Part shown: positions 26,820 through 39,499 of the stretch, piece by piece | How the letters are laid out: each line of letters opens with the position of its first letter | Position numbering within the stretch: position 1 is the stretch's first letter | Assembly (NCBI GenBank): GCA_951406725.2 | Contig: OX597822.1 | Coordinates: forward strand, 2,914,001-2,978,000 | From: Octopus vulgaris | Lineage: Eukaryota | Length of the DNA: 64,000 bases | Direction of reading: 5' to 3' | Made by a program: the position numbers and the translations under genes | Notes under the pieces: generated by a model | Told to the model about the DNA's origin: nothing | Database searches by the model: none | Seen by the model: the letters and a program-made list of their open reading frames with translations, nothing else

Positions 26820-28251
26820 AACTGTTGCTGCTGCTGCTGCTGTTGGTGCAACCATCAAGAGCTGCTGCAACGTCTACTGCTGCAATTAATGCTGATCGTG
26901 CAGTTTTTCTTGTCGAAGGTGTCGCTGTTGATGCTGCGGCTGATGATGACGATGATGATGATAATGGTGACGCTGATGATGATGATGACTAAAACGACGA
27001 TGGAACTGGTGGCTGCGGTGATGGGTCATTGTGAGGGTGGTGGTGGTGTCCGTGGTGGTGTCGACGAGGGTGCCGGCTTTGGCTATTGTGCTACTGCTGC
27101 AGCAGGTGCTGCTGCTGTTGCAGCCGTGACTGCAGCAGCGGCAAAAACGGCTGCAATACCGGTTCTTCTATGTGGTGTTTTGAATTCATCAGAAATAGCA
27201 GTCAAATCCCTCTCAAACAACACCATACTATTTATAATGGATGACAGACGTTGAATGATCTAGTCGTAGGTATACTATTCCTGAAAACGAGACGGGAAAG
27301 TCACGGCTGGCCTAACTTTGACCATGTGTGTACTCGATTAACCAACAGTTAATCACTGGTACAACAGTGGTTGATATTGCAACTGTCGGTGGTGGTGGTC
27401 GTATTGGCCGTGTTTGTATTCATGATCAGGTCGGTGACGTATGGCAGTGATGGTGGTGGTGATAGTGTTAATAGTGGTGACGGTGCTCGTGGTAGTGGTG
27501 GTGGTCGTGGTGATGGCGGTAGTGTTGATAGTTGTGGTAATGGTTGCTGTTGTTGTTGGTGGTGGTAGTGATGGCAATGGTGATGGTGTTGGTGTTGGTG
27601 GCGGTATTATTGGTGGTGTTGGAAGACGGTCAACTAGGAGAATCGTTAAGGCATCGGACAAAATACTTAGCGGGGATTTCTTCAACAACAACACCGCATA
27701 ACTCTCTGCTAGTACGACGGCCATCACAATCGCAGCTCCATCGGCGAACAACAACACTGCAACCACAACTAGTGTTTACTACCACTCCCTCTAGTAGCAT
27801 AAGTACCTCTACTCGTACGACGACAAAGTGGAGCGCTGTCAGGTGACAGGTGGCAAAACCAGTACCACGTCGGATATGATGCTTAGACATATTTTTACTG
27901 GTTTTTATGCTCTGAGTTCAAATGCTATCGAAGTGGAATTTGCCTTACAACATCTCAGGGACGATAAAGCAAAAACGTTACTTAATTACTGGAGTGTCGA
28001 TAAAATAAAATTACGAGTCAATTACTGGGGGTCAATATAATCAGCTCAGAATGTAAACAGCTGGAACAGATAGTGCAAAGCATACTTTTCCGATGCTCTA
28101 AACATTCTGCCAGATCACCGCCATAATTCTTTCTTAATTTATGGCTTAAGGCCAGCCATATTTTGAAGGGGAGGTGAAAATTTATTATATTGATCCTTAG
28201 GGTTAGGGTTACTGGTAATTGACTGGTAATTTCATTTTGCCAGCACCCCAG

Positions 28252-28286
<35 letters not shown>

Positions 28287-28775
28287 TATAGAGAGAGAGA
28301 GAGAGAGAGAGTGATTTCTACCTGTTGATTTAATTCATTCACAAACTCCCATACCCAACATGAACTAAAATCTTTTTACGAAAATACGAAATTACAATAA
28401 TTTCAATGTCATGATTAGCGAAAGTGAAACCGGTCGACAAACACAATATTCTTTCACTTATAAAATATATTTTAAAATATATTAAAAACTATGTAAACTG
28501 TGTGCATTTTCCTTCTTTCATATATATATATATATAATTTATATTTAATGTAGGATAAAATTTTTTCGAAAAAAATTCTATCAATGGCCAGCATATTAAA
28601 AAATACTTTTAAAGGTTAAAATTATAAACAACTTATAAATAAGGGCAAACGAAAAATTTCTTATGCCAAATATGCCGAAATTGGACATATTGTCCATAAC
28701 CATATAATTTTTCAGAATACGCACGCTACTCGAAAAAAGGTCGACAGAAATTTCTAAAAAATTCCATTATTACCA

Positions 28776-28828
28776 TATCGGACCGATTTCAGGGTTAGTT
28801 CATAAGAACCATCCCTTCGTCAGTGATA
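28776..28828 (-). ncRNA. Minimal type I hammerhead ribozyme motif (Penelope-type)
   Basis: Minus strand: UAUCA-CUGACGA-AGGG A UGGUUC uuau GAACUA A CCCU-GAAA-UCGG-UC-CGAUA. Core intact; one A.C mismatch at the base of stem I. Confidence 0.6.
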
Positions 28829-30530
28829 AATGTGGCAAAGAAATAAATGAGATACTTACTCATACCCATGGAAGAAGCAAAACACTAAGTCATGAGCACA
28901 ACCAAGTACCCCAAATACATCCAAAATAGATATACTCCAGCCCATTCAAGACACGTGCGATTTGAACTGAGGCTCTTACAGAGTGAGAGTGTCCGGAAGT
29001 GAACGCTATTAAATTCATAATTAATGTAGGATATATATATATATATATACACACTATATTTTGCTTCAGTCGTCAGTCGAAAGCGTGTATAACTTGGCAG
29101 CATGTACAGTGGTTTCGCTAATGAATTTTTTTAGGTTCCCAAGTAGTCACAAGCAAACATGGACATCCTCTCGGCTCTGTTGTCCCGTTGTGCTTCTGGC
29201 TCTGATATAACACTATATATTCCATATATTTAACGTTTATTCCACTATATCAACAACGAAGTTTTACCTGTCATAGACTGGAGTCAAATCCAAAGCACAA
29301 CTGATATTTACCCCTCATTTAGTTAAGCTTGTAAAATTTGCACATGGTACTAGACATTAAGAAGTGTTTCGGTAGCTGTTGTTTCTCACGACTATTGCTA
29401 CTCTTATGTCCATGTCAGTAGACAGGCGTATGAATCAAAAGGATACAATCATACTGTTGAATCTCCTAGAAGAGTGTACCCCCGCATCTCTTACTTCTCA
29501 TACGTTACATTTGTGTTGATGATCACACCATACCCTCTGGCATACACTAGATTGTCTTACAAGAATGTCAATTGACAGAGCCCTTAGAGTGTCGGATAAA
29601 CTGCTTTATGGTAATCACTACAGCTCTCTGCACCCTGAGTTCGAATACCTCGGAGTTCGATTTACTTACATCATTTTGGTGTTGATGAGTATAGTACCAC
29701 TCCTGTGTTAGGGTCGATTCTTCTCTTTCTCTCACCCTCTTTATTTCTGTATATCTATTTATCTATCTCTCGCTCTCTTCCTGGAAGAAATCTGTTGTAG
29801 TTAAGCCTGGAAAACGACCGTCACTACTAACTTAGCAAAAAAAAAAAAGAAAAAAAAAAGCAAACACATTTGGTGATGGTTTAATTTTTGGCGGGAAAAA
29901 CAACAGTCAGTCGGAAATGAATCTCCGAATGAAAATGCTCGCGGTAAATACACTGTTTATAAAATTGTGTTTTTATCATTGTGGTGATGATTAGCCAAGT
30001 TATTTATGATCAAGTATATAGCGACAATGTATATTCCATCTTTCTAGAGAGTATCCAGGCCCACATTATCTGCAAATGACTCTGTGTGTGTGTTCTTAGG
30101 GAGATTTGTGTGACATTTCGAACATGTTGAGCAAACACGCAGTGAATCCATTTGGTGGCAAAATTAGCAAAGTGCTAAGGGCAGTCATGGACAAACTACT
30201 GTCCGCGGGGTTTTCTGGATCATACGTCGAATAGAAAGTCCCATATTTTGTTTTGTTTTTTAGTAGTGTATTCCACTTGATGATGAGCTAAGTCTCATAC
30301 AGTCCACTTCTCGAGAAAGGTTGCCTATGCAGGCAAACATGGCTGTACTGTAGAAGCCTGCTTTCCAAACACATGGTTTCGGGTTCAGTTTCACTGCTTG
30401 TTAGTACCTTGGGCAAGTGTCTTTTACTATAGTCCTCACTCGACTAAAGCCATGAGTAAATATGGTACAGAGAAACTGAAAGAAACCGGTTACATACACA
30501 CATACATACATACATACATACATACATACA

Positions 30531-30597
<67 letters not shown>

Positions 30598-30600
<3 letters not shown>

Positions 30601-31415
30601 GTCATCCCATAAATAATGCTGTTTTCATACTTCTTTTATTTTTCAAAATTAAGATAACCAAAGTTCATTTTTGATATAAGATATACCCTCCATCATTTTC
30701 TACAATGCTCTTCCATCTATCTGGTAGCCTTGCAAGGCCCCTCTTCCAAAATTGACTTATCCGTAACGAAAAATACTCGTCTACAGAATTTATATTTTCC
30801 GTCCAAATGATTCTGAGGACTACGGTGTAAATGATAATCTGATGGGGCATCGTTTCCCATTCAAGCTGCTCCAACTTTTGGAACGTCATCCTCGCTGTAT
30901 GTAGCCGAGCATTATCCTGATGGAAGAACACCTTTCGTCTTGAAACCAAAGATGGTCGTTTTGTTTTTTTAGCGCTGACTTGAATGACTAGTTGAATGAC
31001 CAAATCCCAACTTCTCTGCTAGTTCCTCAACAGTCACAATGGGATTTTGTTCCACCAGGGTTTGCAGGGCGTCCTCATCGAGTTCTACAGATCTTCCAGG
31101 ACGAGACTCGTCTTCTAGGCTGTAGTTTCCGGCTCTGAATTTCTGGAACCACCGTTGACACTGGTTTACGCTTATTGTCTGATCCCAATATACTGCATTA
31201 ATATTCCTTGCACTTTCCATTGTATTGTTGCCTTTATTGAACTCATAAAGCAAAATATGCCGAATATGCTCCTTTGTCACTTCCATTATGGCTTTGAAAA
31301 ATAACTGTTAAAATCGAACTGCACTCTTCAAAACTTGCACTAAGAATGAGTACAAGGTAAAATTACTACATGCTTTACAAGTTGATCATGCAAATGAAAA
31401 AGACGCATTACTTAT
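30598..31415 (-). mobile_element. Internally deleted mariner transposon (pseudogenised transposase)
   Basis: 31286-30969 encodes the mariner HTH region (MEVTKEHIRHILLYEF...RWFQKFRAGNYSLEDESRPGR). 31003-30665 has HQDNARLH and LPDRWKSIVENDGGY. The TGDEKW and YSPDLAPSD regions are missing. TIR TTGGTCATCCCATAAATAATGC at 30598; partial TIR at 31397-31415. Confidence 0.93.
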
Positions 31416-31651
31416 TTTTTTTACACATTAGTATTCATAGTGACTTCGAAGTTTCGGCCAGCTAAGCCATCATCATTCGAGGAACAATATCGCAGCTATA
31501 ATATTAGCTGCCGACCGTTTGCAGTCGGCAGCTAATATTGTAAATGCAGCATCTGCGCACCTATTCTTGAAACAGCTGTAAAATTATCTTACACACCTTC
31601 TTCCCCTTTTACTCCTGAGATTTATAATCATGCAACAACGCAACCCTCATG

Positions 31652-31701
<50 letters not shown>

Positions 31702-32790
31702 TTTGAGGGAATATAAATCCAAACTTACAGGGAAAAAATTCAATTTAGAAATACTAAATCAAATTTCACACAATATAATATATATATAAAGAAAATAGAA
31801 AAAAACCCCACTTTTTATCAATTCAAAATGATCAATTAAATTACACCATCTAGAAAATTACATATAATAGAAATATTAAAATTAAAATAACAATAAAATA
31901 TCATATTTTTTTATGTCATAACCTCACCTGATACCAATTGTTTCTCTCGTTATTCTTTTATTCTATTATACACGTATTTCATCAATCGAAACACTACCTA
32001 TAGACAATCAGCACTAGGCAGGTAAACATCCGTGTTTTTAACTGCAGTTCATGCTGGAGTTTTTGGTAATTAACTTGCGCATTAATTATATGTACTCATT
32101 AAGTTAAGTCATTCAGATGTAATATTACCTGAATTCTAAGTTTTTATGTATCAATATGAGAGTCTTTGTATTTTTCCAACATGACAACCAATGTTGGTTT
32201 GTTTACGTCACCATAAAACAGCGGTTTGGTAATAAGAAACCGATAAAATAAGTACCAAGCATAATAAAAGTACTCGTATCAATTTGTTCGACTAAACCTA
32301 TCGTTTGTATGTATCAGTGCACGTGTCTTTGTATTTGTCCCACTTGACAAACCGGTGTTAGTTTGTTTACATTACGTCTGTAATGTAGCTGTTCATCAAA
32401 AAGAGAACGATAGGATAATTACTAGGCTTTAATTCAAGTACTCGGATCGATTTGTTCGATTAAACCCATAAAGGCAGCGCCCCTAAATTGCCGCAGTCTA
32501 ACGACCGAAACAAGTGACAGGTAGAAGACGTCTGGTCTAGGGCGTGCGATACGGATCTTCGCTCTCTGAGTTCAAATCCGTCGATGTCAAATTTTGTTTT
32601 TTACCCAATTACTTCTTTTATCAAGCTCGATAAATGCAACAATGGTCGAGGGCAGTGGATTGGCGAATGGGTTGTCTTGGCATAATCTGTTCTGTTCCTT
32701 AGTTTGTTCTTGCATTCGAATATCACCTCCCAATAAAAATCCTGATAATGGGTCAAAGTTAATCACCCTATTATCTGAAATAGAATATTT

Positions 32791-33226
32791 GGATCTTTTC
32801 GGTTTGACCGGCAGTTTTTTCTAGCGGTGTCATATGAAATTTTCACCCATGATTATGACCCTAGTATCGATCTATTGCATTTCAATCTGTTTTAGGGTTA
32901 GGGTTAGAGCTAGGATTGGTTAGGGTTAGGGTTAGGTTTAGGGGTGGCGGGAAGGGTATCTTTTTTTCTTCAGAAATCTGTTTCTTTAATGAGGGACATA
33001 TTCATACGGCACAGAATGTTTTTACCTCAATAGACGTCAGTGATTGGTTGAAATTGGAGAAATTGAAGGAAAAAAACAACAAATATCTTACAAACTATAG
33101 AATTTTCTCAATAAAGCCAAGAGAAAAAGATGTTTTATAAACACATTCTACCAGTATACGAAGTTTAAAAGTGTTTAGTTACGTGGAGATTATTTTAAAA
33201 AACTGCCGGTCAAACCGAAAAGATCC
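32791..33226. mobile_element. Merlin-like MITE with 8-bp TSD
   Basis: TIR GGATCTTTTCGGTTTGACCGGCAG, TSD GAATATTT on both sides, internal TTAGGG-like run at about 32891-32945. Confidence 0.88.
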
Positions 33227-33614
33227 GAATATTTTTTTTTTTTTTGTTTCCTTTACCTTTTCCTTTTGAGTATAAACGCTGCAACGATTGGCTGATAGCC
33301 ACGAGGCCGTCTGCTAAGTCAGTCGAATGATGGTGAGGGCCGTAACTACCATGACGATGATGATGTTGGTGATGATGGTGGTGGTGGTAGCTGTGGTGTT
33401 GGGGGGTGGGGCGGTGATAATGACAATGTTGGGAGTAGTTGTTGATCAATAAACGAGTCTTATTTCTAATTGCGTACGTATTGTGGACAAACAAACGAAC
33501 AATCAGAAAACAACATGCCTCGAGATAAAGAGACAACCCCCGGCACACCCGTATACACAAACAGGTGCCCGTACATATATACTCACAGTTACATACGTAC
33601 GTCATATGTACATT

Positions 33615-33648
<34 letters not shown>

Positions 33649-33834
33649 GTACGTATGTATGTATATAGCGGTGTACGTACACTTTGTTCTCTAACATATA
33701 CATATATATATACACGCACACACAAGCAAACGCATGCACGTACACTCACAGATACATATTATATATGTATACACATATATATCTATATGTACGTGTATAA
33801 GTGTATATATATATATATATATATATAGATACTT

Positions 33835-33872
<38 letters not shown>

Positions 33873-34089
33873 TTGATTGATAGAGAGACACACAGACACA
33901 CAGACATACAGAGACAGGAGTGTGTCGCCAGTTACGTATATTACAACGGTGGATTAGTGTAAATACCTACAGGTATTTACATTTCTGGAAAGATAATTAT
34001 CTACAGGGATGTAAGTCAATAGCCAATCGATGATAGAGATCAATAAGATCAGTACCGGAGTAAACTCTCGAGTTCGATATAATTAACTA

Positions 34090-36315
34090 TTGAAACCATT
34101 GGCGAAGAAGACCTTTAGGGACTCCCCACGCTCCAGCGAGCCGCCTTGCTCGAACAACCGTGCGAAATGCTGATGAAAGGCCGTTTGCATCTCATCCTGT
34201 CCATAGAACTTGTGACCCTGTTCGTCCGCTAAAGACTTTATAGAGGCTATTTTTCCCCTGACTCTCCACACGATGTGCCCATCCAGCAAAGTTAATATCT
34301 TCTCGTCCCACTACACATAGCTTAGCTCTAACTCTGCAGCCTTCGTGCTTGGCGTTGAGGTGGCGGTACAAGACCGTTCTCACGGCCAGCATTCTAGATC
34401 CAGAACCAGATTCCAAGGCCTCGTCTAAGTTCTTAACTTTTCTCAGTATTTCTCTGTCTTTAAAATAAATCACGACTTTAAAATAAATCATCTTCTCTTT
34501 TTCGTCCTCATAATTCACCACCGAGGCGCGAGGTTCAACATCCACCTCCGGCCCCAGTGGATTCACTCTTTCGTAATGTCTTTCAATTTTGAAATTCTCT
34601 TAACTTTTGGGTGGGATCTTTTCGGTTTGAACGGCATTTTTTCTAGCGGTGTCATATGAAATTGTCACCCATAATTATGACCCTAGTATCGATCTATTGC
34701 ATTTCAATCTTTTTTAGGGTTGGGGGTGGGGGGAAGGGTATCTTTTTTTTTTCACAAATGTAAATAAACTCAATCTGTTTCTTAAACGAGGGACATATTC
34801 ATACGGCATGGAATGTCTTTTACCTTAATTGACGTCACTGATTGGTTGAAATTGCAGAAATTGAAGAAAAACAACAACAAATATCTTACAAACTATAGAA
34901 TTTTCTCAATAAAGCCAAGAAAAAAGATGTTTTATAAACACATTCTACCAGTCTACGAAGTTTAACACTTTTTAGTTATGTGGAAATTATGTTAAAAACT
35001 GCCGTTCAAACCGAAAAGGTCCCTCTTAACTTTTGGGTGTCCTATATTTCACTATAAACCTTAGTTCTGTTTGTGTTTTGCATGTTTGTGTGTTTTGTCT
35101 CTGTATTTCTGTAATTCTTGGCTTTCCTGTGATTGTGTCTGTGTGTCTGTGTGTTTGTGTATTCGTGTGTCTGTGTGTCTGTGTGCTTGTGTATTCGTGT
35201 GTCTGTGTGTTTGTTTGTCTGTAATTCTGCGTGTTTCGTCCCTGTGTGTATGTTTTTAGGTTTCTGTGATTCTGAGTTATCTTGTATCTTTTTGTCTATA
35301 TTTCTGTGCTTTTGTATGTCTGTATGTTTGTGTGTCGGTGGGTCTGAAAGTTTATGCACTTGTAAGTCCTTTACTGGTGATCCCACTGGTAAATCTTCCC
35401 CGCATTTCGTCGTAGGTTGGATTATCTCTTCCATCGCTTTGTACTCCTTCTGTTCCACCGTCGTTGGTGACTTCCCCCTCTCCCTTTTTCTTGCTTTCAC
35501 CTCCACAAAACCACCGTTTTGCTCTGTTATCTGTTTCTGCTGTTTCTCTACCATTACATTCTCCTGAATACTCTCCTACACAACTTCCACTGCTGCTCCA
35601 GGGCATTTCCTTTTTAAGTGCCCTTCTTCACCACATTCGCAAAACTTTGGGGGTCCTCATTTGACAGCTCCAAAGTTTCAAGCATTTCGCTACCATATTT
35701 CGGGCTCACTACATAAATCATCTCCAATCCGCAGCCCATTACTTCACTTGCTGGGTTCGGCCCACCATGCCCGTCCTCACCTCTTCACTTTCCCTCCCCA
35801 TCTTCGAACAATAAATCGCCGCCACCATCCACTCTTGATCTATCCACGGTGGGATTCCTGCCATCCTAATTCTTACAATTCGTTTACCCAAACAGTCTGG
35901 TATCAATGTCCATTTCTCTCTCTGCATCATCCTGCTTTTGGCCCTTTTCCGCCTCCTCTTCCCAGACAAAGGCTACCACTACAGACGCACATCTCCTTCC
36001 TCTCGTGAAGAACTCTGTGCTGTCTCCTACGCCGCTTTCCAAAATTTCTTCAATTTCTTCCTGCGACGCGTCTTCAATTCTTCAGTTTTTACTTGAAAAT
36101 CTTCTGAACATTACCGTCTTCCTCTCCTCTTTCACCCCTTTCTCAGTTTTATATTTGACCCCCTCCCTCTCCACCATAATACTAGATTTCTCTATCAGCT
36201 CTCCATTCCTTTGTGTCATCTCCTGTCTCAGAATACCTGGGTCTCGGGGAACTCGACCTCCAGCAGCCCCTGCATAACTTCTCCCCCTCCCCCCAATTAT
36301 TCACCACCACCCAAC
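34090..36315 (-). mobile_element. Decayed L1/Tx1-clade LINE (ORF1 plus a fragment of the ORF2 linker)
   Basis: ORF1 remnants with stops and frameshifts, including degenerate zinc knuckle CECGEEGHLKRKCP (35600-35641). ORF2-linker-like KHEGCRVRAK...IKSLADEQG...FHQHFARLF at 34090-34460. No EN or RT domain seen. Interrupted by a MITE. Confidence 0.7.
34614..35022. mobile_element. Merlin-like MITE nested in the Tx1/L1 element, flanked by a 17-bp direct repeat
   Basis: Same TIRs. CTCTTAACTTTTGGGTG at 34597-34613 and 35023-35039. Confidence 0.88.
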
Positions 36316-36335
36316 AAAAAATTCGGCTAGAGTTC

Positions 36336-36386
<51 letters not shown>

Positions 36387-36399
36387 CTACTGAGGTACC

Positions 36400-36630
36400 T
36401 ATTTCTTTATTACCCACAAGGGGCTAAACACAGAGGGGACAAACAAGGACAGACAAACGGATTAAGTCGATTACATCTACCCCAGTGCGTAACAGGTACT
36501 TAATTTATCGACCCCGAAAGGATGAAAGGCAAAGTCGACCTCGGCGGAATTTGAACTCACAACGTAACGGCAGACGAAATACCGCTAAGCATTTCGCCCG
36601 GCGTGCTAAGGTTTCTGCCAGCTCGCCGCC
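36400..36630 (-). mobile_element. SINE family B, full length with TSD
   Basis: Minus-strand head GGCGGCGAGCTGGCAGAAAC, B-box GAGTTCAAATTCC. Flanking TACTGAG(G/A)TACC repeat at 36388-36399 and 36631-36642. Other copies at about 16795-16990, 26115-26265, 47322-47553, 52995-53315 and 54855-55040. Confidence 0.9.
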
Positions 36631-37860
36631 TACTGAGATACCACATACAAGGACACATCGCTTCCGTTTGTATTTTTTTTTCTTAATGTATGTTAATTTA
36701 TTTACATGACACACGTGTTACTCGTCTTACACGAGTCGCTGTTGGTGTTGTTGCTTCTCCTGGTGTTAATTTGTGATGCGATCATTGTCCAGCGCTGTCG
36801 TTTTTGTGTATTTGTGTTTGTCTGTTCAGTCAGCGCGCGCGTGTGTGTGTCTGGATGTGTGTGTGTGTGTATTTGCGCTGTATATGTTTGTGTACAAATA
36901 TGTGAGCGTTCTGCGTACGCCTTTGGAGCGGTATTTCTTTTGCATTTGTATATCTGTGTGCTTGTGTGTGTGTGTGTGTGTGTGTGCGTGTGCGTGTGTG
37001 TGCGTGTGTGTGTGTGTGTGTTTTCTGAGCCTTTGTGTGTTTGTGTATGCTCGCGCCTTCGTATGTGCGTCTAGCATCATTGCGCGTTTGTGCGCGCGTG
37101 TGGTTGTGCTTTTCCCGAGGCTTTGTACGTTCGTGTGCCTGTGTCTGTATACGTGTGTGTGTGTGTGTGTGTGCCTGTGTCTATATACATGTGTGAGTGT
37201 GTGTGTGTGTTTTCTGCGTCTCTGTGCGCTTTGTGTGCGTGGATCATCTGTCTTTCTAATGTATTTACGTTTTGTGGTCAGTCTGCGCACGCGCATGTCT
37301 TTGGCCATAGGTGCGTTTGTACGCGCGTGAGTGAATGGGGCGGAGTAGGTTGTTCCTCGCTTCCTCCGTCCCATCATCATAATAATACCTTCTACGATTA
37401 TCCACAAAACACGCCATTGCCACCCAGTATTATTAATGCTATAATGCTTTTCTCATTATTTTCCTGCATATTTAGGTCATTTCTGTTGTTGTATTCATTG
37501 GTCAGTCGTCCTGTTGTTGTTTTTATTGTTGTTGTTTTTTTTAACCTGTACCCCCCCACCTCGCCAGGTCATTGTTATTGTAACAGCTATCTGATGTCGC
37601 TAACGCTCTTTTTCTTTCAAATTTTTTTCCTATTATTCTTCCATTTCTATTTGTTTACATCATCCTTTATTTTGTTTTCTTAATTGTTTGACTACCCAAT
37701 TCTAGGTTCTGTATTTCTTTTGTTCTGCACATTTAATGCCTGTTTGGTTGCCACCTCTACTAAGATCACCCTTGTCCACCACCACCACCACCACCACCAC
37801 CACCACTCCTACAACCATTATTATCACCACAATCATCATAGTATTACTATATATATATAT

Positions 37861-38125
37861 ATATTTCTTTATTGCCCACAAGGGGCTAAAATATGTTTCC
37901 TTATAACCCACATTGGGCTAAACACAGAAGGGATAAACAAGGACAGACAAACGGATTAAGTCGATCACATCGACTCCAGTGCGTAACTGGTACTTAATTT
38001 ATCGACCCCGAGAGGATGAAAGGCAAAGTCGACCTCGGCGGAATCTGAACTCAGAACGTAACGGCAGACGAAATACGGCTACACATATCGCCCGGCGTGC
38101 TAACCCTTCTGCCAGCTCGCCGCCT
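37861..38125 (-). mobile_element. SINE family B, full length
   Basis: Matches 36400-36630; flanked by a TATTAC(TA)n duplication. Confidence 0.88.
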
Positions 38126-38897
38126 TCTATTACTATATATATATATATATAATCGCTTGTACCAAGATCAAATGCACTCGCACTTATGCACCAAATTCCT
38201 TTACTCTTTTTGTTTCAGTCTTTGGACTACGGCCATACTGGGGCACCGACGTGGAGGGTTTTAATCGTAGAAATGAACTCCAGTACTTATTTATTGTATT
38301 CTTTTATTCGTTTCAATCCTTTGACTGTCGCCATGCTGGAGCACCGCCTTGAAGGATTTTAGTCGAACAAATCGTCCCCAGGAATTATTCTTTGTAAGCC
38401 TAGTACTTATTCTATCGGCTTCTTTCAGTTTCCGTCTACCAGATCCACTCACTAGGCTTTGGCCGGCCCGAGGCTATAGTTGAAGACACTTGCCCAAGGT
38501 TCCACTGAACCCGAGACCATGTGGTTGGGAAGCAAGCTACTTACCACACCGCCATCATCATTATTTTTTATTTTGCTATTTTTTTTCATTTTGAAAGCTG
38601 GATACTTATTCTTTTACTCTGAGTTTCACGATACACACATACATATATGCGATATTTAATTGCTGTCTCCGTAAGTAAATATAGTTTATTATTAAACAGC
38701 TGCTCTTACACTTACTTTTGACACTTTTACTTTTTACTTATTTTCACACATGAGGAATACCTAAGACTAGAATTGGTAGCATACCATAAGAATACTACTA
38801 GCTATTTGGGAATTCTAAGGGTGAACGAGCTCTATTTGTACACTAATACGTTCTTCACAGAACACACCTCAAATATATATATATATATATATATATA

Positions 38898-39215
38898 AAA
38901 ATGGTAAGATATATATATATATATTGATAAAACAACAAAAAGAATGAAAAGACCTCGATATTACGTAAATAGAGGAATTTATCTGTAAATGTAATATGTG
39001 ACAATTATTCGGTAGCCATCATGGAACTTCGAGTTTCGGATGCCGAGGTGGAAATCCACGCCGCCACAGTACTTTCCCTTTGTATAATGGTCATTTTTCA
39101 TACCATTTTCCCGATGGCCGGATAACTGAAGAGATGGCGGCGTGGATTTCCACATCGGCATCCGAAACTCGGAGTTTTATCATGGCTACCGAATAATTGT
39201 CACTTATTACATTTA
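38898..39215. mobile_element. Penelope-like inverted terminal-repeat pair
   Basis: About 38986-39066 is the reverse complement of about 39135-39215. Homologous to 19688-19921. Confidence 0.75.
39117..39186 (+). ncRNA. Type I hammerhead ribozyme motif with intact core
   Basis: Stem I GAUAA/UUAUC (extendable by GCC/GGC), CUGAAGA at 39126-39132, long stem II GAUG..GUGG auuu CCAC..CAUC plus one extra C, GAAA at 39164-39167, short stem III ACU cgg AGU, GUU cleavage triplet ending at 39176. Confidence 0.65.
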
Positions 39216-39356
39216 TTTATCCTTCGAAACGTTTAGTAGATGAAACTTTAGCGACTGAAGAAGGGGATTTTTCGTTGTGCTTATTGTCCGTATCTCCTTT
39301 TTTTGTTTTTTCTTGGTTTGGCTATGTTGTCTCTATGGTTCGACGTCCTTTTGTGT

Positions 39357-39400
<44 letters not shown>

Positions 39401-39410
39401 TATATTTTAT

Positions 39411-39468
<58 letters not shown>

Positions 39469-39499
39469 TGTATGTATGTATGTATGTATGTATATATAT

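Noticed and set aside
32891-32945. TTAGGG repeats as a telomere or fusion relic
   Set aside because: Internal to a MITE and present in its sibling copies.
39197-39499. N-terminal part of the 397-aa ORF
   Set aside because: Chance read-through of repeat and microsatellite; LINE homology starts at 39500.
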